The notes beneath the pieces were generated by a model, which saw only the letters and a program-made list of their open reading frames with translations, did no database searches and was not told the DNA's origin. A program made the position numbers and the translations under genes. DNA of 64,000 bases from Eutreptiella sp. 'Long Island Sound 2002' (lineage: Eukaryota; Protista; Euglenida): contig OZ038378.1 in assembly GCA_964036045.1 (NCBI GenBank), positions 193,254,001 to 193,318,000 of the forward strand, in the 5' to 3' direction. Positions 13,401 to 24,293 of this stretch are shown here, one piece after another (positions within the stretch are counted from its first letter, which is position 1; every line of letters starts with the position of its first letter).

Positions 13401-16400
13401 CGAGGCATGTGGTGAGCAACCTGAGTGCGGAGGGGAGTGGGCAGCAAAAACCGTAAAACGACCCCTGCAACAACCAGCACACCCCCAGTGCGCCAACTAC
13501 CGGGCCCCGCTGACGCGGAAACGACACGACAAGGAACACCAGCCGCAGCGGCCGTTAGAAAGCATCGACCCGACGCAGCACGCAAAGGGAAGAAGGGGTG
13601 GCTTTCCAGGGCTCAGTAAAGAAACCATGAAATGTCACACAGGGGTGGGGGTTGGGGGGGTTCAGAGGTTAGCATTCAACATCTGCATCCCACAGCGGGG
13701 TGGAAAAAGTTTTACCTGCCTCAAATTTCTGGCCCGTATTGCAAATCACCTCGATTTCTTTTTTTTTTTGCCCGAAGAAGATATTTCTGATGTGGGTGGG
13801 TGGGATCACTAAGGTGCGAGGGGTTGCAGACAGTCAGAGAGGCTCTTACCATGTTATACTAAGGACCGCCCTTTGGGCCAGCGGTGGTTGACCGCCAACC
13901 GCAGGCGGCCAATGGCCATGTCTCCGCTCATTAAGCACCGCCTGCGGATGAAGGTCCACACGTCTTCTCTTCAACAACGTCCTTCCCCCCCCCCCCCGTG
14001 TCCAAGGAATGCGTTGTGCAACGAACACTTCATTTGGAGCGTACTTTTTGGGACCTAATTAATTAGGCACCGGTCTTAGGTGCCGAATTAATTGAGTACC
14101 GAACGGTTTGTCCAACAAACACTCTTGTTCGGACCGTATTTTTGGAAGACTTTGTTGTTTGCTTGACACGGGGGAAGGGGAGCATTCTTTCTGAATGATC
14201 TGAAATTTTGCTGCGGGTAGTGCCGGGTTGCCTTGTCCACAGGCGGTGTGCACATTTGTCAGGTCAAGTTTCATTTTTTCGTGACAACGTTTTTGTTTTG
14301 TGAAGGACCAGCGAATGGGGGAGAACAGACACTGGGGTTGTGTCCTGGGTCTGAGTTTCGCGGGATACGCAGAGGCGTTGTCACTCTTTGAAGGCCTGCC
14401 ATCTTCTCCTTCTCCTTCTTCTGCAGAATTGTCCTACGGGTGCTGTCTCCTACAATGCCCCGGGGGCGTCAACATCCTGCTGGACACAAGCCTGGGCTGC
14501 ATCCAGCCTCCCATCAGCCCAGCCATGACTGTGACCAGGCCCTTGCAGGATTTGCGTGTGCTGCTCAAGGAGGCTGCCGGGCTCGCCCCAGAGGACATCT
14601 CGGTGGTGGTTCACACACATCTGCACCGGTGTGTGCCCCCTGCTCCGTGCACCTGCGCCCCTCCCCTTCCACCCTGCCACCCTGCGCCACCACCCCTGAT
14701 GTGCATGCCACCCTCCCCTTCCGTGGCCTCTGGATTGAGAGGTCAGCATTGGATGCTGAAGAGTGAGTCCCCCTGAAGAGGGGAGGCACGAAAGGGGCCT
14801 AATGCCCCCTGCAGGTGTGAGCGCATGCGAGCAAGCCCAAAAATCCAGCCCGTCTCACGCTGTATAATATTGCTTTTTTTTTTAAACGATTGTGGCCACC
14901 TGCTGGTGTGCCGCTGTTGTTTTGTGTCAGCTCACGTCTCCTTCTGAGGGCCCACGGGTGCGGACCAGAGCTAGTCGCTCCAGAAATCACCTCCATTTGT
15001 GGTGTTCTGCATGTGCTCTAGGGGTTCAGGGTGCTTTGTTTTTCCAGCAGTTGTGCGGCCCTTTTTTCGGAGGGGTTTCTGTAAATGCTGAGTGTGCTGA
15101 TTAGTACGTCCGGGTGTCCGTGCTGCTTGGGTTTTCAGGAATAAATGATTGAATTGCTTTTCCGCAGCCACTGGGGAAGTGTTTTTGGCAGGTGAAAGTT
15201 GGGCAGTTCTCCCTCTGCTCACAAGCGCTGCTTCTGCAGTTTGGCATCCCTCCCACACCGGCGCCGGCGATGCTCCACATGCAGCCATTCCCAATACAGT
15301 GAAGTTCGGAGGGTGCTCACCACTACCTCTGATGTGGGTGGGACATGTAACACAGGGGCAGGGCGTTCCGGATTATCAGGTGTTACCCATCGGTGGTGCA
15401 CAGCATTTTTAGGGCATTGTGCCTTTCTTCTTGGGGGGGATGGCCATGAAGTAAGCGTGTCTCAAGTCTTTCGGTTTCATGCGCATTTTGTCGGAGGTAC
15501 TTGGGCTCCGTAGAACACACCTACAGCCGGAGGTGGGCAATTTGAGACAGTGTGCTGGTTGGGGATCTTGGATTAACCCCCCTTTGTTAACGACGTCACG
15601 TGGCTCAGCCGTCATAGCACGCCTGCCCAAGAGGTACCAAGTTCGAGTCCCTGACGGGGCGTTAAGACATGCGCTAAGCCGTCCCAGGCGCCAGGGTGTC
15701 GTTGGTGACCCCGTGAGTTGGACGGGACTACCAACGGTTTGCTGGTGCTTGAAGATCCCCCGGTTGTTCTGCCTCTACCACCACCACCACCACCACCACC
15801 ACCACTTCCCCTCCATTAGGGATCACACAAGTTGGAACGTTGTCCCAGGCGCAGACGGCCGGCCGGTGCCGTTGTTCCGCAATGCGACACACGTCGTGCA
15901 ACGCGTGGAATGGGCCTATTGGACCTCGACGCCAGCCCTCAAGGAGCGGTGTGGGTACGAGGACTACTTGGCGCCGATCGAAGCAGCAGGTGCACCCGTC
16001 AGGGTCCACCTCCTCTGCCACGTGGCGAAGGATGCGCACTTCGTTGTTGAGTAGTCCTGCCCACCCTTGGTCCCACAGCAGCGCCATCTCTAAAATGTGT
16101 GGTCCCCGGTCACAAAGCCAGGCTTGCCCGTTAGCAGGGCTTTGGGCTTTGGGCTAATCTTCCCAGTCCGAAGAGGGCCTTATGGGCCATGGCTTCCTCT
16201 TCGAGGAAGCTAGGCAAAGGTGCACCTCACACACCCGGCTGCCAGGTGGGCAGGGCACACACCTCCTAGTGCAGTGTGAATCGTGCTGTGCTATGCTGAG
16301 GGCCTGGGGGAGGGCAAGCAGGGGGTCGGGAGAAGGGGTCTGGTGGAGAGGGTGGGACTGATGTATAGCCGGTAGACATTACTCAAAAATACGCACACAT

Positions 16401-19400
16401 ATATTTTTACTCACTCACTCATACATACATACACTACACTACACTCACTGGTGACCCTATTACCACTGGCACTGCAAGGGAGGGAGAGATGGCCAGTCAG
16501 GGGGTTCCATTCCCCCTGACTGGCCACACGGTAGTACATGGGGTTGACCGCTCGGCCATACAGCCGGCATTGTGGGGTGGTGGCCGGAGGTACAAGGCGT
16601 GGAAGGTCAGGGAAGGGAGAACCACTTGCCGGGTACTTCTGGGCTCCCGGTTCCCAGTGTTGGTGTCGCCGACTCCCCCATCCGCCGGGGGGAGGGCTCC
16701 GCTGTTGCCTCAACTTGCACTTGCAGGGGGAATAGAAGTGGCAAGAGGGTGGGAATGGAACCCCCGACTCATCACATGGCAGTACATGGGGTTGCCCGCT
16801 CGGCCATACAGCCGGCAGTGTGGGGTGGAGGTTGGAGGTACAAGGCGTGGAAGGTCAGGGAAGGGAGAACCACTTGTCGGGTACCTGTGGGGTCCTAGTT
16901 CTTGGTGTTGGTGTCGTCGACTCCCCCATCTGACAGGGGCAGGGCTGCACTGTTGCCCAGACCTGCACGGGGAATAGAAGTAGCGTGAAGGAGGGCTCTA
17001 GGATGAGAGGGGGGTGGGGAGGGACTGGGGGGAGGGCAAGTAGGGGGGTCGGGAGAAGGGGGCTGCACCACTGGATTGCTGTACGTCGTGCAGGGAAGGC
17101 GGAGAGGGGGGGACTGCTGTATAGTGACGGCATACATTACACAAAAACACATGCATACATACATACACTCATACATATATGCATATACATACATACGTGC
17201 TTTACACTCATTGGTAACCCTATTACCACTGGCACTGCAAGGGAGGGAGAGAGGTTGGGAATCGAACCCCCTACTAATCACACGGCAGTGCATGGGGTTG
17301 ACCGCTCGGCCATACAGCCGGCGGTGTGGGTTGGTGGTCGGAGGTACAAGGCGTGGAGGGGCAGGGAAGGGAGAACCACCTGCCGGGTTATTCTGGGCTC
17401 CCGGTTCCCAGTGTTGGTGTCGCCGACTCCCCTACCCGCCAGGGGGAACGCTGTTGCCGGGACCTGCAGGGCGAACCGAGCGGTCATGGTGTGGCCCACC
17501 GGGTTGTTTGGTTCGGTGCCCAGAGCGCCATGCAAAGTGTCGGGGGCTACGATTGGCTGCACTACCTGTGATGATGGTGGTCTGTGGTTGCAGTCCGCTG
17601 CCCCATTCCATTGTTGGAATTTGCGATTACTGGTGCGGCAGTGGTGCAAAACAGAGCCACGAATCAGTATGGGTGTGGCATACTGGCCACTATTTGTTGC
17701 TCTTGAGTTGCCAATATGCAGGATCACCCATTTTCCTGATTCTTGCCCTCCAACGCTCTGTATGCAGCCTCGGCCATATTGACCCCAGCTTGTCTACTGT
17801 GAGCGTCTTGCAAAAAGTGACTGCACCCACACTAAACAGCCAGTGTGCTTGGGGTTACCGAGCGCGCTTCTTGTGCGCTCCGCAGACGCCATGCGTGCGC
17901 TGGTGCAGCAACTGGGCTCTCAGCACCGCAAATGTTTGCAATCGGACGGAAAGATCCCTCAAGTATGGTATCACAAATGTGTTTGTTTGTACATATCTTC
18001 ATGGTGATGATCATTAAGGGTTTGTCGACGGAGGCATGCAACTCGAGCGCGCGCGTGCGCGCATGGGCGGCCGCACATGCACATGCACGTGGCCATTGGA
18101 GGCGGGAGGGGCTCTTCACTTCCGTGTTTCCCCGGATTGGCTCAAGCTCGTGTATACAACTGCCCGAGTGCTACTAGGACTAAGGGGCCTCGAATTCACT
18201 GTGTATAATACGGGTTCTGGGGGCTACAATGGAGCCGAACATCGATCATGCGCTGTTGGGACAACCCGTTCAAGATGTGATACCTTTTTTGTGTGAAGGA
18301 TCGCCCTTGGAAACAGGAACCGCGGTTGGTTACCGAAAGGGGATATGATTATGTGACCATATGTCCCGCATACGTAGGGATGCTCCGGCTGGTGGATGGA
18401 GACGAAGATCTGGGGCCTGAGGTGCGACTGATGTGCCTCCCGGGGCACACCCCAGGACACCAGGCGGTCCGGATCCACAGCCAAGGGGACTCGGGATACT
18501 TCATTGGAGATGCGCTGCACCAGACAGGTCTGCTTTATGAGGGCAGGGCAGGGCAGGGCACCGCAGGGCTGGGCAGGGCTGTCATTAAGAACCCCAATTT
18601 TTTTTTTTTGCTGAGGACAGCCCCCGAGGACCACCAACCGCCAACCGCCAGCCGCCAACCGCCAACCGCCAACCGCCACCAACCACTGGCTGCCAACCGC
18701 CATCCGCCGCCAATCGCCACCAACCGCCAACTGCCGCCAACCGCCAACCATTCTTCAATACTGTTTCTGTGGTGCTGTGTCTTGCCCATGTCTTGACAAT
18801 GAAGCAGAATGCGTCGTTACGAACCCTTTTTCCCCTTGTTTTTTCCGGAAGGACAGCCCTGGGGCAGGGCTGTCTGGTATGGCAGCTGTCCCTTGTGGCC
18901 TTTCGTGTGTGCCTGGGCGCATGCACCTGACGCTGGTGCTTGGCAGCATGTGATAGGAAAAAGCCTTTGCGCTGGCAAGTGTGTGCGAGGCATGTGGGCA
19001 AGAGTGTGCTGAGGTGAGTACATTTGTGCGCACCATGTGCATTTGTTTGAGGATATGCCAGGGTGCACCAAACTGCCCCCGGTGCACTTTTGGTCCCCCC
19101 CCCCCCCTCCCCCGGCGGGAAACGAAGTTGCGTGTGGGCTCAACGGGGAATCAGAGGATGGCGCGCAGGGCTGTCCTTAAGGCCCCAGATCTTCCTTTTT
19201 TTACTAAGGACAGCCCGTAAGGACAGCCCCCAGGGACCACCAATCGCCAACCACCAACCCCCACCAACCACTAACCGCCAAGCACCAACTGCCGCCAACC
19301 ACCACCAACCGCCAACCGTCAACTGCCATGGGCACTCCTCCAAACTTATGTTGTGCATGGCGGCATTTGGCCTGCCAACTGTGGATCTCAGGTCTGGGGA

Positions 19401-20681
19401 GGGCACTTTTCGCGAGGCCTTGTTTCCTGACGCCGTTGCACTCGCGAGTGACTGTTGTAGGCCGATCGGGCCCAGGACACGTCCCGGTCCGGCACCCGGG
19501 GGCCCATGGCTGCGGGTCTGGACAGCGGGCCGGCCGCTCCACGATTGGGTAGGGAACCCCCCTCCTTTCCCTGCCTGAAGGAGGGCATCCCTGGAGGCTA
19601 CCTGATGCACGTGCCTCCAAGTCAACCGGGGCCTGAAGCCCCTGGTGGACCGGCCTTGCTACACGAGGTCAGTGGTCCGGAGGCTCCGTCTGCACTGTCT
19701 GTCTGCCGGCCGGCCCGCGGTTCAACAATGTGCATGTACCATCCCCCCCCCGTGTCCATCCCCCCCCCCCCAGGGGGGGAACCGTCCTTTGGCCCATGAA
19801 CAATAAGAAATCAATAGGAAATCACAGGCGCCGAAGGCGCTGAAGAAAATTTTTGGTTGGGTTATACTAGAATTGGCTGGTCGGGAGTGGTGTACGGTTC
19901 CCCCCGGGGTGGGGGGGAACCGTCGTCCCTTGGGGGGGGATGGACATGGGGGGGGGGATGGTAGTTGAACCCAGGGCATTTACTGGCTTCCTGCGGTGCC
20001 CTCCCCCCCCCCCCCCCCCGTCCCCCCTCTGCACCCTCGGCAGCAGAGCAGAACCGGGCTGCGTTTATAAGAATTATCTTGCAAAGGGGGGCAGCAACAG
20101 GATTACGGCATAGAACAGAAAGAAAGAAAGAAAAAAAAGCAGAAAATGCAGGTCACCTTTTAGGCTGTTGGCTTCCATTTAATTATCAGAGGGGCGGGGG
20201 GGTCCGGGGGGGGTCCAAAGTCGGGTGGGTGAGTCTCATCCAAAGTGCCCCCCTCTTATCAGCGCAGCCTGAGCAGAACAGTCGCCCTCCGTTGAACTTT
20301 GCATTTTGTGCTCTGATCCAATTCTTTCTGGCCCATTGCACCCTCCCTCATCCTTCCCACATTGCCTCTGCACCCTTGCATACCCATCCACCACCTGCTG
20401 CATGGATGCTGTCTATTGGCAACGCCCTGTCAATTGACTTCTCCTTTGGCGACCCTCTGCCTTGTCATACAGCACAAGTGTCACATCCGTCATGGTGCCC
20501 GTGGTTCGACTGGTCCCCCAGAGTCAGCGCACTGTCCCGCACGTGGCTGCTGCAGTGCGTCGAGAGTGATGGGGCGTTGCTGCTATCCCCACACTTCCCC
20601 TTTCCCGGGGCTGGAAGGGTCACACGGGGTGCGGACAAGGGGTTCATCTTCACAGCCGAAGAGAGCACTGCAACACCGTGA
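9913..20681 (+). CDS. Plastid-targeted MBL-fold metallo-hydrolase (N-acyl-homoserine lactonase/YtnP/methyl-parathion-hydrolase-like), 6 exons, ~544 aa
   Basis: join(9913-10536,12771-13050,14427-14628,15820-15989,18378-18527,20473-20681). All five introns are GT-AG and the phases match (total 1635 nt). The spliced product has ILLDTSLG, HTHLHRDH (split across exons 3/4), PGHTPGHQAV, FIGDALH and HFPFPGAG, the metal-binding motif set of this MBL subfamily. Confidence 0.93.
14057..14093. repeat. AT-rich hairpin (15-bp arms, 1 mismatch) within a dispersed repeat in intron 2
   Basis: AATTAATTAGGCACC-GGTCTTA-GGTGCCGAATTAATT. Related ATTAATTTGG(T/G)AC motifs at ~29575, 50395 and 50630. Confidence 0.8.
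15597..15755 (+). mobile_element. tRNA-derived SINE-like element, family S2 (second copy at 35676-35820)
   Basis: A-box-like TGGCTCAGCCG (15601) and B-box-like AGTTCGAGTCC (15640). Shared body GCCGTCCCAGGCGC...GTGACCCCG...GGACGGGACTA...TGGTGC(T/C)TGAAGATC is also found at 35735-35818. Confidence 0.65.
16445..17460 (-). mobile_element. Three near-tandem copies of a ~270-bp element with an internal tRNA-like segment (family S1) and microsatellite tails
   Basis: Copies at ~16445-16720, ~16735-16960 and ~17205-17460. On the minus strand: TGGCCGAGCGGTCAA (A box, 17302-17312) and GGTTCGATTCC (B box, 17258-17268). (TGAG)/(TATG) tails. No closing acceptor stem, so not a tRNA gene. Confidence 0.75.
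18576..18874 (+). mobile_element. Helentron/HINE (DINE-1)-like non-autonomous element: subterminal IR hairpin + (CAACCGC)n + 3' subTIR stem-loop
   Basis: GGGCTGTCATT (18576) pairs with GAGGACAGCCC (18613). The 7-mer array spans 18634-18749. AAGGACAGCCC-TGGGGCA-GGGCTGTC stem-loop at 18849-18874. A second head + array lies at 19168-19330. Confidence 0.5.
19490..19715 (+). repeat. Dispersed GC-rich repeat shared with FAHD intron 3 (41790-42150) and 61765-61830
   Basis: AGTCAACCGGGGCCTGAAGC...GGTCAGTGGTCCGGAG...CTGTCTGCCGGCCGG at ~19620-19715 and ~42003-42100. Confidence 0.8.
19737..19963. mobile_element. ~227-bp MITE with ~27-bp near-perfect TIRs and TA flanks
   Basis: TA-CCATCCCCCCCCCGTGTCCATCCCC ... 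GGGGATGGACATGGGGGGGGGGATGG-TA. Confidence 0.75.
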
Positions 20682-22207
20682 TGCAGAACACGTCATCTGC
20701 TCATGCGGCACCCGGGACTATGGGATGATCGGCAGCCAGACGTGTCTGCATGCGGCTGCAATCCTCAGTGAGAGCAGCCTGCCAAGAGGGACTTGAAGTC
20801 TGCCCTCACTCAGAAGCGTGCGGTCAATCACTTGCCACGTGCCATACTCCATTTCCTTTTCCGGTGACTGCTGGAAGCCAGAAGGGTTTCCGCGGGATTG
20901 GTGGGGCATTGGAGGTTGAACTCGCCATTTGTGCATGTTGTGAAGTGTTTGGGCGCCACACACAACGGCCACGGTCTCTGAGAGTCTCTCGGGCAACCTT
21001 CCACAGCCTTAGGCCGTTGCTTAGTCCCCCCCCCCCCATTAGGTGGGTGGGCCGAAAAAGGTTTGTCTCAAATCGGCCTCCAACCTCAGGCTCCTTGAAT
21101 ACATTTCGTTTTTCGTTTTTGTCCTGAGGGACATTTTTCTGATGGCGCGGGGCGGCGCAGGGGGGGGGGGCGGTTGGTCAGCTGCCGGTTTGCTAGGGCC
21201 CTACATGCCTCCCCCCCCCCCCCAACACCTCCCAAGGGAAAGGGAAGTAGAGAGGGAAAGATAGGCCAAGGAGGGAGAGGAAGGACACAGGGCGGTGAGA
21301 GGTCGATGGGCACCACCGCCTGCGGAGGGAAGGGGAGTAAGTGGCGATTGGCCAATTGGCGCCGCCGGCTGCAGACCACAACACGCCAAGGTGTCATCCC
21401 CCCCCCTCCCCCCTGGGCAAAAGCCAAAGAGGGAGGTGTCCGTACGGGTTCGTCGAACGTGCATGTAACGTAGGAATAGATGAGTTCTCAATGTACATAA
21501 TGGGGCAGGGGCCTTGCCTCCGCGTTGAAGCCCCCTAGCTTAGGCCTTCCCTCGAAGGCAGACCGAAGACTCGGAGGCGGTTTTGCCGTGTGATTGGCAG
21601 GTCGCTTCGCATTCCTGTTTCTGAGACTTACCTCACTCAGGTCAATCAGGAGGATCCTAGACATCAATCAAGTCATCAAGAGATGCCCCAATGCTTGGTT
21701 TCTACCCCGTTTCAACCTCATATTGGTCCGATGCCATCCCTTTTGGTTCATGGGGATATTCATTGTACGAGTATGTTATATATTGTTGGTCTTGTAAACC
21801 AGGTGATTTATGATATTTGCCTGATACGCCCAATACCACTCCACGTGTCTTTATACATTTTGCTTTGTTGTGGGTGATGTTGGTGGGCGTTCTCGTTTGA
21901 TTTGCCCATTCACGTCGCCCATTTCACATACATCCCAGCAGCCTTTCCAATCACCAGTTTTTTCAGATACGTCACAAGTTTATAACACCTGCTGCGATTG
22001 CGAGAAGAGGAGGGGGTTGCAAGCAGGAGGAGGCGGCGGAATCGGATTCTGTTTTTTTGCATTGGTTGATTTCACATTTTTTCCAATGTTTTATGTTACT
22101 ATGTGTTGCCGTCAATTGGCACGGGAATGATACGGGAAAAATCTGAATTTTTTGGCATTCGGGGTACGGCCAGCCTTTGTACAAGCCCGCAGTATGTGTC
22201 ACCGATG

Positions 22208-22208
22208 G

Positions 22209-22240
<32 letters not shown>

Positions 22241-22605
22241 ATGTGGCCTATGTTCTCCCTTTTTTGTACCGTGCTCTTGCATTCTGATTGTGTTGCGTTC
22301 GGTTGTATCACGTCCTGACACTCACGGAGCTGTCCAATCCAGGCACCATGCGCCGTGAGGGGTATTGGTGCTACAACGTCACTGACTTCTGCGGAGCCCT
22401 CGAGGACATCAGCAGGGCCCACAACTGCGCCCTGGTGGTGATTCTGCAGGCCGTCGAGGCTGGAGGACGGGTACCATCTGAGCTGGACAATGCGACCAAA
22501 AGGCAGGAGACTCACCGGGATACGCAGCCTTAGGAAGAGGATGGCGATGCGCGAGTTGGTTGATGGGCAGGGGTGGGGGGGCAGGCGTTTTTTTTTGGGA
22601 GCCTT

Positions 22606-22642
<37 letters not shown>
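22208..22642. repeat. Two (GT)n microsatellites
   Basis: (GT)n at ~22208-22239 and ~22606-22642. Confidence 0.95.
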
Positions 22643-22644
<2 letters not shown>

Positions 22645-24293
22645 AATGTTGAATGTTCCATGCTGAATGTTGCCATTGGCAGCTCCATGAGTACCCAACA
22701 GGATGCTGCCCTGAATGCTGCCCTCCTACGCGTGTGGCCTGATGTTCTGCGGGAGAGCCATACTGCCTTCCTCGCCATCTGCCGCCGCACAATACAAGAT
22801 CGCGTTCTTCATCCATTCATCCTGCAGCACCCAAATCAGGGACAAAGACAGATAAATTCACATTCAATGGTAGTCCCACGTAGCAGCAAGAAAGAAAGCA
22901 AATCGCAGAAGTTCACTGATAGTAACCATTCCCGTTTAACCACCCATGGAAATCTGCACCATCACTCATTGCACCATATTTCTTCTCGTCCTACCAAGCT
23001 TCAAACAACAGCCATGGGACACCATCCACCCATGAATACGTTTCACTGGCAGAGGCAGGGGCAGGGGCAGGCGTTGGGCCCGAGGCAGGCTCCTCTTCAG
23101 GGTTCAGAAGGTCAGGGCTCTGGAAGGAACGGGTAGGATCCTGACTCCTTCCCGCTGCCATTGCACTTTGCAAAACACATCGTCACCTTAACCTGGAAGC
23201 AATGAAGACCGTGGTGGCAGGTGCGGTTGTTGCTACTTGCAGTCAAGCAAACCCAACCCTTTGTGGCCAGAGGCTTTGACAGTCGGAGGCTTGCACAGGA
23301 TGTGCTCTCTTTGTGATCTTCGATGGATGTTTGCCCCGTGTGCAAGCGGAAAAACTGTTGCATACATTTGTGGTCGGCACAAGGTTTAGGGGGGGAGTAT
23401 CAGACACACTGCATGCACGGTGCGTGCGCAGTGCGTCTTCTGGGGTTGTTTCGTAGACCGTTTCAGCCAAGGAAGAGTTTACTGTGTCCAGCCGGGAGCC
23501 AAACGTTCACGATATGCATGTGCACCTCAGTTTTCGCTTGTGCGATGTCCTTTGCAATGTTCCCTGTTTGCAGGCGTGTTTATTGCAGAATTCTGTCCCT
23601 TTGTCTCCATAGAGCAATCTCTCTCTCATGGCATTTCTCAGGAGTGGTACCCAACCCTCCCCCCTGCAATGCTGGGCTTCCCCCCGGAAAAAAAAACCCT
23701 CGAATTATTCCTCCCCTGGTAGACCATTTCAGAGAGAAGTTGTTCAAATACCTGACGCGGTGCGCGCGCGGTTCGCAAACTCCCCCAGAGTGTGTGTCAA
23801 TTTAAATACACATGCCTCAATGGCAATCATGTGCTCTATGTGGTTCCTACCGAGCTTGCACGCTTCAACAATGGAATGTATGTGTGAATAGTGGTGTGCA
23901 CAGTGAACGATGTTGCTCAAATAAGAACGCTCCCCCTTCCCAATATTGCCTCTTTGTGTCTACAAAAGACAGAACCCCACTTGCAGCTGCTGATCATCGC
24001 GGTTTACAAATCTCGATCCTCTTGCATGTCACCACCCACGCTGCTGCATAGCGCCACAAGTGGTGGGTGTTGAGCACCCTCAATAGTCCAGGCTCACATT
24101 TTGAAAAGACACCGCATTTTCTTTTGACCCATTTTGGACCCATTTTTGGGCCCAGAGGTGATGACTGTATCAATGTGCATGGAGGATGGACATTAATAAA
24201 TGAACAGGGGGGTGTTAGAAAAATTTTGCTCCCAGAAAAAATCCCCCCCCCAGGGGTTGCTTGCGAAAAAATCTGGAGGCAAAGCTCGGGAAG

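Noticed and set aside
15778-15805. Poly-His tract in ORF 15479-16054
   Set aside because: A (CAC)n microsatellite inside intron 3, upstream of the AG at 15818-15819; it is not part of the spliced protein.
17252-17322. Possible Ser/Leu tRNA gene (also tRNA-like hits at 15597, 42835, 48640 and 63815)
   Set aside because: A and B boxes are present, but there is no pairing acceptor or anticodon stem and the copies are embedded in longer repeats. Treated as SINE-like, not tRNA genes.
21465-21935. Possible solo LTR starting TGTAAC
   Set aside because: No convincing CA end with a matching target-site duplication, and no second copy in the window.
22288-23136. ORFs ELSNPGTMRREGYWCYNVTDFCG... and MSTQQDAALNAALLRVWPD... 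as missing upstream exons of the ion channel
   Set aside because: No resemblance to pLGIC beta1-beta2 and no compatible donor identified; family unassignable.
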